The translations under genes and the position numbers were made by a program. The notes under the pieces are model-generated. The model saw nothing but the letters and a program-made list of their open reading frames with translations, had not been told where the DNA came from and made no database searches. From an uncultured Candidatus Saccharibacteria bacterium (GTDB lineage: Bacteria > Patescibacteriota > CPR2_A > CAYFQT01): a DNA stretch of 64,000 nt. Positions 60,830-64,000 of this stretch are shown here, in pieces (the stretch's first letter is position 1; each line of letters begins with the position of its first letter). The stretch spans positions 5,685 to 69,684 of the forward strand of contig CAYFQT010000026.1 in assembly GCA_964345445.1 (NCBI GenBank), given 5' to 3'.

Positions 60830-63800
60830 ATGGAAAGTATAATAAAAACTACAGATTTTGATGCTATAAGAATTTCTATAGCCTCACCAGAGGAGATTCT
60901 TTCCTGGTCGAATGGAGAAGTTTTAAAACCAGAGACAATCAATTATAGAACTCAAAAACCAGAAAAAGATGGACTTTTCTGTGAAAGAATTTTTGGTCCA
61001 ACCAAAGATTGGGAATGTTATTGTGGAAAATATAAACGTATTCGATATAAAGGTATTATTTGTGATAAATGTGGTGTAGAAGTAACTCGTTCTATTGTTA
61101 GGCGAGAAAGAATGGGGCATATAAAATTAGCCACCCCTGTTTCTCATATTTGGTACTTAAGGAGTACTCCTTCAAGAATAGGTCTTCTTTTGGATATATC
61201 CCAGAGGGATTTAGAGAGGGTGATTTATTTTGCTAATTTTATTATTATTTCTGTAGATGATAAAGCTAAGCAAAAATTAATTGCTGATTTAAAAAAGGAA
61301 TTTCAAAAAAAATCTGATGATAAAAAAGAAGAACTTAATAAAAAATTACAACAAATTAAAAAAGAAAGAACAGCAGGTCTTAAATCAAAAAAAGCTAAAG
61401 ATAAAAAAGAAATAATTAAGAAATATGATCAAGAGATTTCAGCATTTAATCAACAATTAGATATAGAACTGGAAGAGTTAGAAAGTGCAAAAGAAATTGC
61501 TCTTGAAGAATTAAATTATATTCAACCTTTGAAAATTATTTCTGAAAATCAGTATAGAGAATGGAAACAAAAATATGGGAAAGTATTTTATGCTGGAATT
61601 GGAACAGAAGCTATTTATGAAATTGCTAAAAAAATTGATTTACAGAAATTGTCTTCTGATATTAAAAAGAAGGCAAATGAATTCTCTGGTCAGAAAAGAA
61701 GAAAGGCTTTAACTCGTCTGAGATTAGTTTCTAGTTTTATAAAAGCTAAAATTAAACCGGAATGGATGTTACCAACTGTTATTCCTGTTATTCCTCCTGA
61801 TCTTCGTCCTATGGTTCAATTAGATGGAGGAAGATTTGCCACCTCAGATTTAAATGATCTTTATCGTAGAGTAATTAATAGAAATAATCGCCTAAAAAGA
61901 TTAATTAATATAGGAGCTCCAGAAGTAATCTGTCGAAATGAAAAAAGAATGTTACAAGAAGCAGTAGATGCTCTGATTGATAATGAAGCTCGACGAGGAA
62001 AAGCAATAACTGTAAGCATCAGTAGAAGAAAACCCAAGTCTTTATCCGATATATTAAGAGGTAAGCAAGGAAGATTTAGACAAAATCTCCTAGGTAAGAG
62101 GGTAGATTATTCAGGTAGATCAGTTATTGTAATAGGTCCAGACCTAAAATTACATCAGTGTGGACTCCCTAAGAAGATGGCTTTAGAATTGTTCAAGCCT
62201 TTTGTAATCAGTAGATTAATTCAAGAAGGATATGCTCATAATGTTAAAATTGCTGGTCGTATGATAGAAAAAGCACTACCTGAGGTTTGGGATATGTTAG
62301 AAAAAGTAATTTCCCAATATTATGTTCTTTTAAATCGAGCTCCTACTTTACATAGATTGGGAATTCAAGCTTTCCAGCCTGTATTAATTGAAGGAGATGC
62401 TATACAGATTCATCCTTTAGTTTGTGCAGCATTTAATGCTGATTTTGATGGAGATCAAATGGCAGTGCATGTGCCACTTTCAATTTTAGCTCAAAAAGAA
62501 GCAAAAGAAGTTATGCTTTCTTCAAAAAATCTCCTAAAACCTGGTAGTGGTGACCCAGTTGTTATTCCTACGCAGGATATGATTTTAGGATGTTATTATA
62601 TTACTTTAATTCGACAAGGTACCCCTGGAGAAGGCAAGATATTTTCCAATCCTGATGAAGCTATTTTAGCTTATCAAATAGGTGATTTACATATTCAAGC
62701 TAAGATTAAAGTAAAAGTTAAAAATAAAATACTAGAAACTACTGTAGGAAGAATCATTTTTAATGAGGCATTGCCTTCTGGAATAGAATTTCAAAATAAA
62801 GTTATGGATAATAAGGCTTTGAAGGAATTAATAGGAGAATGTTTCCGCAGGTTAGGTACTTTAAAAACAGCTAAATTTGTAGATAGAATTAAAGAAATAG
62901 GTTTTGATTTTGCCACTAAATCAGGAATGAGTATTTCTATAGATGATATCCAAATACCTTCCAAAAAGCAAGAATTGATTAAAGATACTGAACAAAAGGG
63001 CCAGGAAATTAGAACTCAATATAGAAAAGGATTAATTACTGATTATGAAAGATATACCAAAATTGTAGAATTGTGGACTCGGGTCAAAGATGAGATAGAG
63101 GATGAGATGATGGAAGGATTGAATAAATATGGTTCTATATTTTCTATGGTTTCTTCTGGAGCTCGAGGAAATAGAAAACAGATAGTACAGCTAGGAGGGA
63201 TGAAAGGATTAGTAGTAAACCCTGCCGGCCAAACTATTGAACTTCCTATTAAAGCTAATTTTAGAGAAGGTTTTTCAGTATTGGAATATTTTATTTCTAC
63301 TCACGGAGCTCGCAAAGGAAAATCAGATACTGCTTTAAAAACCTCTGATTCAGGCTATCTAACTCGCAGGTTAGTAGATGTAGCTCAAGATATAATTGTT
63401 TCTCAAGAAGATTGTGGTGACCATGAAGGTATTTCTATAACTCGGCAAGAGAGTAAAGAATTAGGTTTACCTTTTAGTGATCTTATTGTTGGTAGATTCA
63501 CGACGGAAAATATAATAAATCCAAAAAATAAAAAAATTTTTATAAAAGCCAACTGTGAGATTACTGAAGATTTAGCTTTTGAAATAGAAAATTCAGAAAT
63601 ACAATCTGTTAATGTTCGATCTGTAATTTCTTGCAGGAGTTCCTGGGGAGTTTGTCAAAAATGTTATGGGAGAGATCTAGGTCGAGGTAAAGTGGTAGAT
63701 TTAGGAGAAGCAGTGGGAGTGATAGCTGCACAATCAATTGGAGAGCCAGGAACCCAGTTAACTATGCGGACATTTCACACTGGAGGAATAGCTGAAGAAG

Positions 63801-64000
63801 ATATTACTCAAGGACTTCCTAGAGTGGAGGAGCTTTTTGAAGCCAGAAGCCCCAGAGGAGAGGCAGTAATATCAGAAATTTCCGGTAAAGCAAGTATTAG
63901 TCAAAAAGATAATAAAAAGATTGTAACTGTTACTCCAGAAGATATAAATGTTAAAGAATATTCAATAAAAAGAGGATATAAAGTAAAAGTTAAAAATGGA
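60830..64000 (+). CDS. rpoC: DNA-directed RNA polymerase subunit beta' (5' partial; continues beyond window end)
   Basis: RBS AAAAGGAG. Zn-binding [37 protein letters not shown] catalytic loop, and a second Zn cluster. The frame is open to base 64000. Confidence 0.95.
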   Translation, partial: MESIIKTTDFDAIRISIASPEEILSWSNGEVLKPETINYRTQKPEKDGLFCERIFGPTKDWECYCGKYKRIRYKGIICDKCGVEVTRSIVRRERMGHIKLATPVSHIWYLRSTPSRIGLLLDISQRDLERVIYFANFIIISVDDKAKQKLIADLKKEFQKKSDDKKEELNKKLQQIKKERTAGLKSKKAKDKKEIIKKYDQEISAFNQQLDIELEELESAKEIALEELNYIQPLKIISENQYREWKQKYGKVFYAGIGTEAIYEIAKKIDLQKLSSDIKKKANEFSGQKRRKALTRLRLVSSFIKAKIKPEWMLPTVIPVIPPDLRPMVQLDGGRFATSDLNDLYRRVINRNNRLKRLINIGAPEVICRNEKRMLQEAVDALIDNEARRGKAITVSISRRKPKSLSDILRGKQGRFRQNLLGKRVDYSGRSVIVIGPDLKLHQCGLPKKMALELFKPFVISRLIQEGYAHNVKIAGRMIEKALPEVWDMLEKVISQYYVLLNRAPTLHRLGIQAFQPVLIEGDAIQIHPLVCAAFNADFDGDQMAVHVPLSILAQKEAKEVMLSSKNLLKPGSGDPVVIPTQDMILGCYYITLIRQGTPGEGKIFSNPDEAILAYQIGDLHIQAKIKVKVKNKILETTVGRIIFNEALPSGIEFQNKVMDNKALKELIGECFRRLGTLKTAKFVDRIKEIGFDFATKSGMSISIDDIQIPSKKQELIKDTEQKGQEIRTQYRKGLITDYERYTKIVELWTRVKDEIEDEMMEGLNKYGSIFSMVSSGARGNRKQIVQLGGMKGLVVNPAGQTIELPIKANFREGFSVLEYFISTHGARKGKSDTALKTSDSGYLTRRLVDVAQDIIVSQEDCGDHEGISITRQESKELGLPFSDLIVGRFTTENIINPKNKKIFIKANCEITEDLAFEIENSEIQSVNVRSVISCRSSWGVCQKCYGRDLGRGKVVDLGEAVGVIAAQSIGEPGTQLTMRTFHTGGIAEEDITQGLPRVEELFEARSPRGEAVISEISGKASISQKDNKKIVTVTPEDINVKEYSIKRGYKVKVKNG

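Overview
This 64 kb window is an AT-rich (about one-third GC) bacterial chromosomal segment. Coding is dense, almost entirely on the + strand, and uses the standard genetic code, as judged from the long uninterrupted ORFs. The content is mostly core housekeeping: secG, an OppA-like substrate-binding protein, a 7-tRNA cluster, dcd, lemA-htpX, ligA, gatC/gatA/gatB, a cyclophilin, dnaE, rplS, rnhB, nusA-clpC-radA-yacL (PIN/TRAM), mpg, PBP1A (- strand), tyrS, recG, comEA, tig, clpP, rpoB and the 5' part of rpoC. Small Cys-rich proteins, extended K/E-rich tails on ribosomal and other proteins, a sortase and a four-helix-bundle gene point to a streamlined low-GC, possibly Patescibacteria/CPR-like, genome; that is inference only. 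No rRNA, CRISPR array or classical IS/transposase was found. The unusual content falls into four groups. (1) Several families of short dispersed repeat or palindromic elements occur in intergenic regions, and some are inserted in frame into essential genes (gatA, gatB, mpg, recG, radA). This resembles Rickettsia palindromic elements. (2) A sortase lies next to a candidate substrate whose LPITG sorting signal is encoded as a separate 40-codon mini-ORF, probably displaced by a frameshift in an A-run. (3) Two tRNA loci are odd: tRNA-Cys is followed by a degenerate 3' duplicate, and tRNA-Leu(TAG) is preceded by a GC-rich structured leader and abutted by a CCA-terminated tRNA 3' fragment. (4) Two clusters of small zinc-ribbon-like proteins and a tandem pair of paralogous genes of unknown function stand out. 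Several structured leaders (ligA, nusA, rplS, rpoB-rpoC spacer) are also noted.
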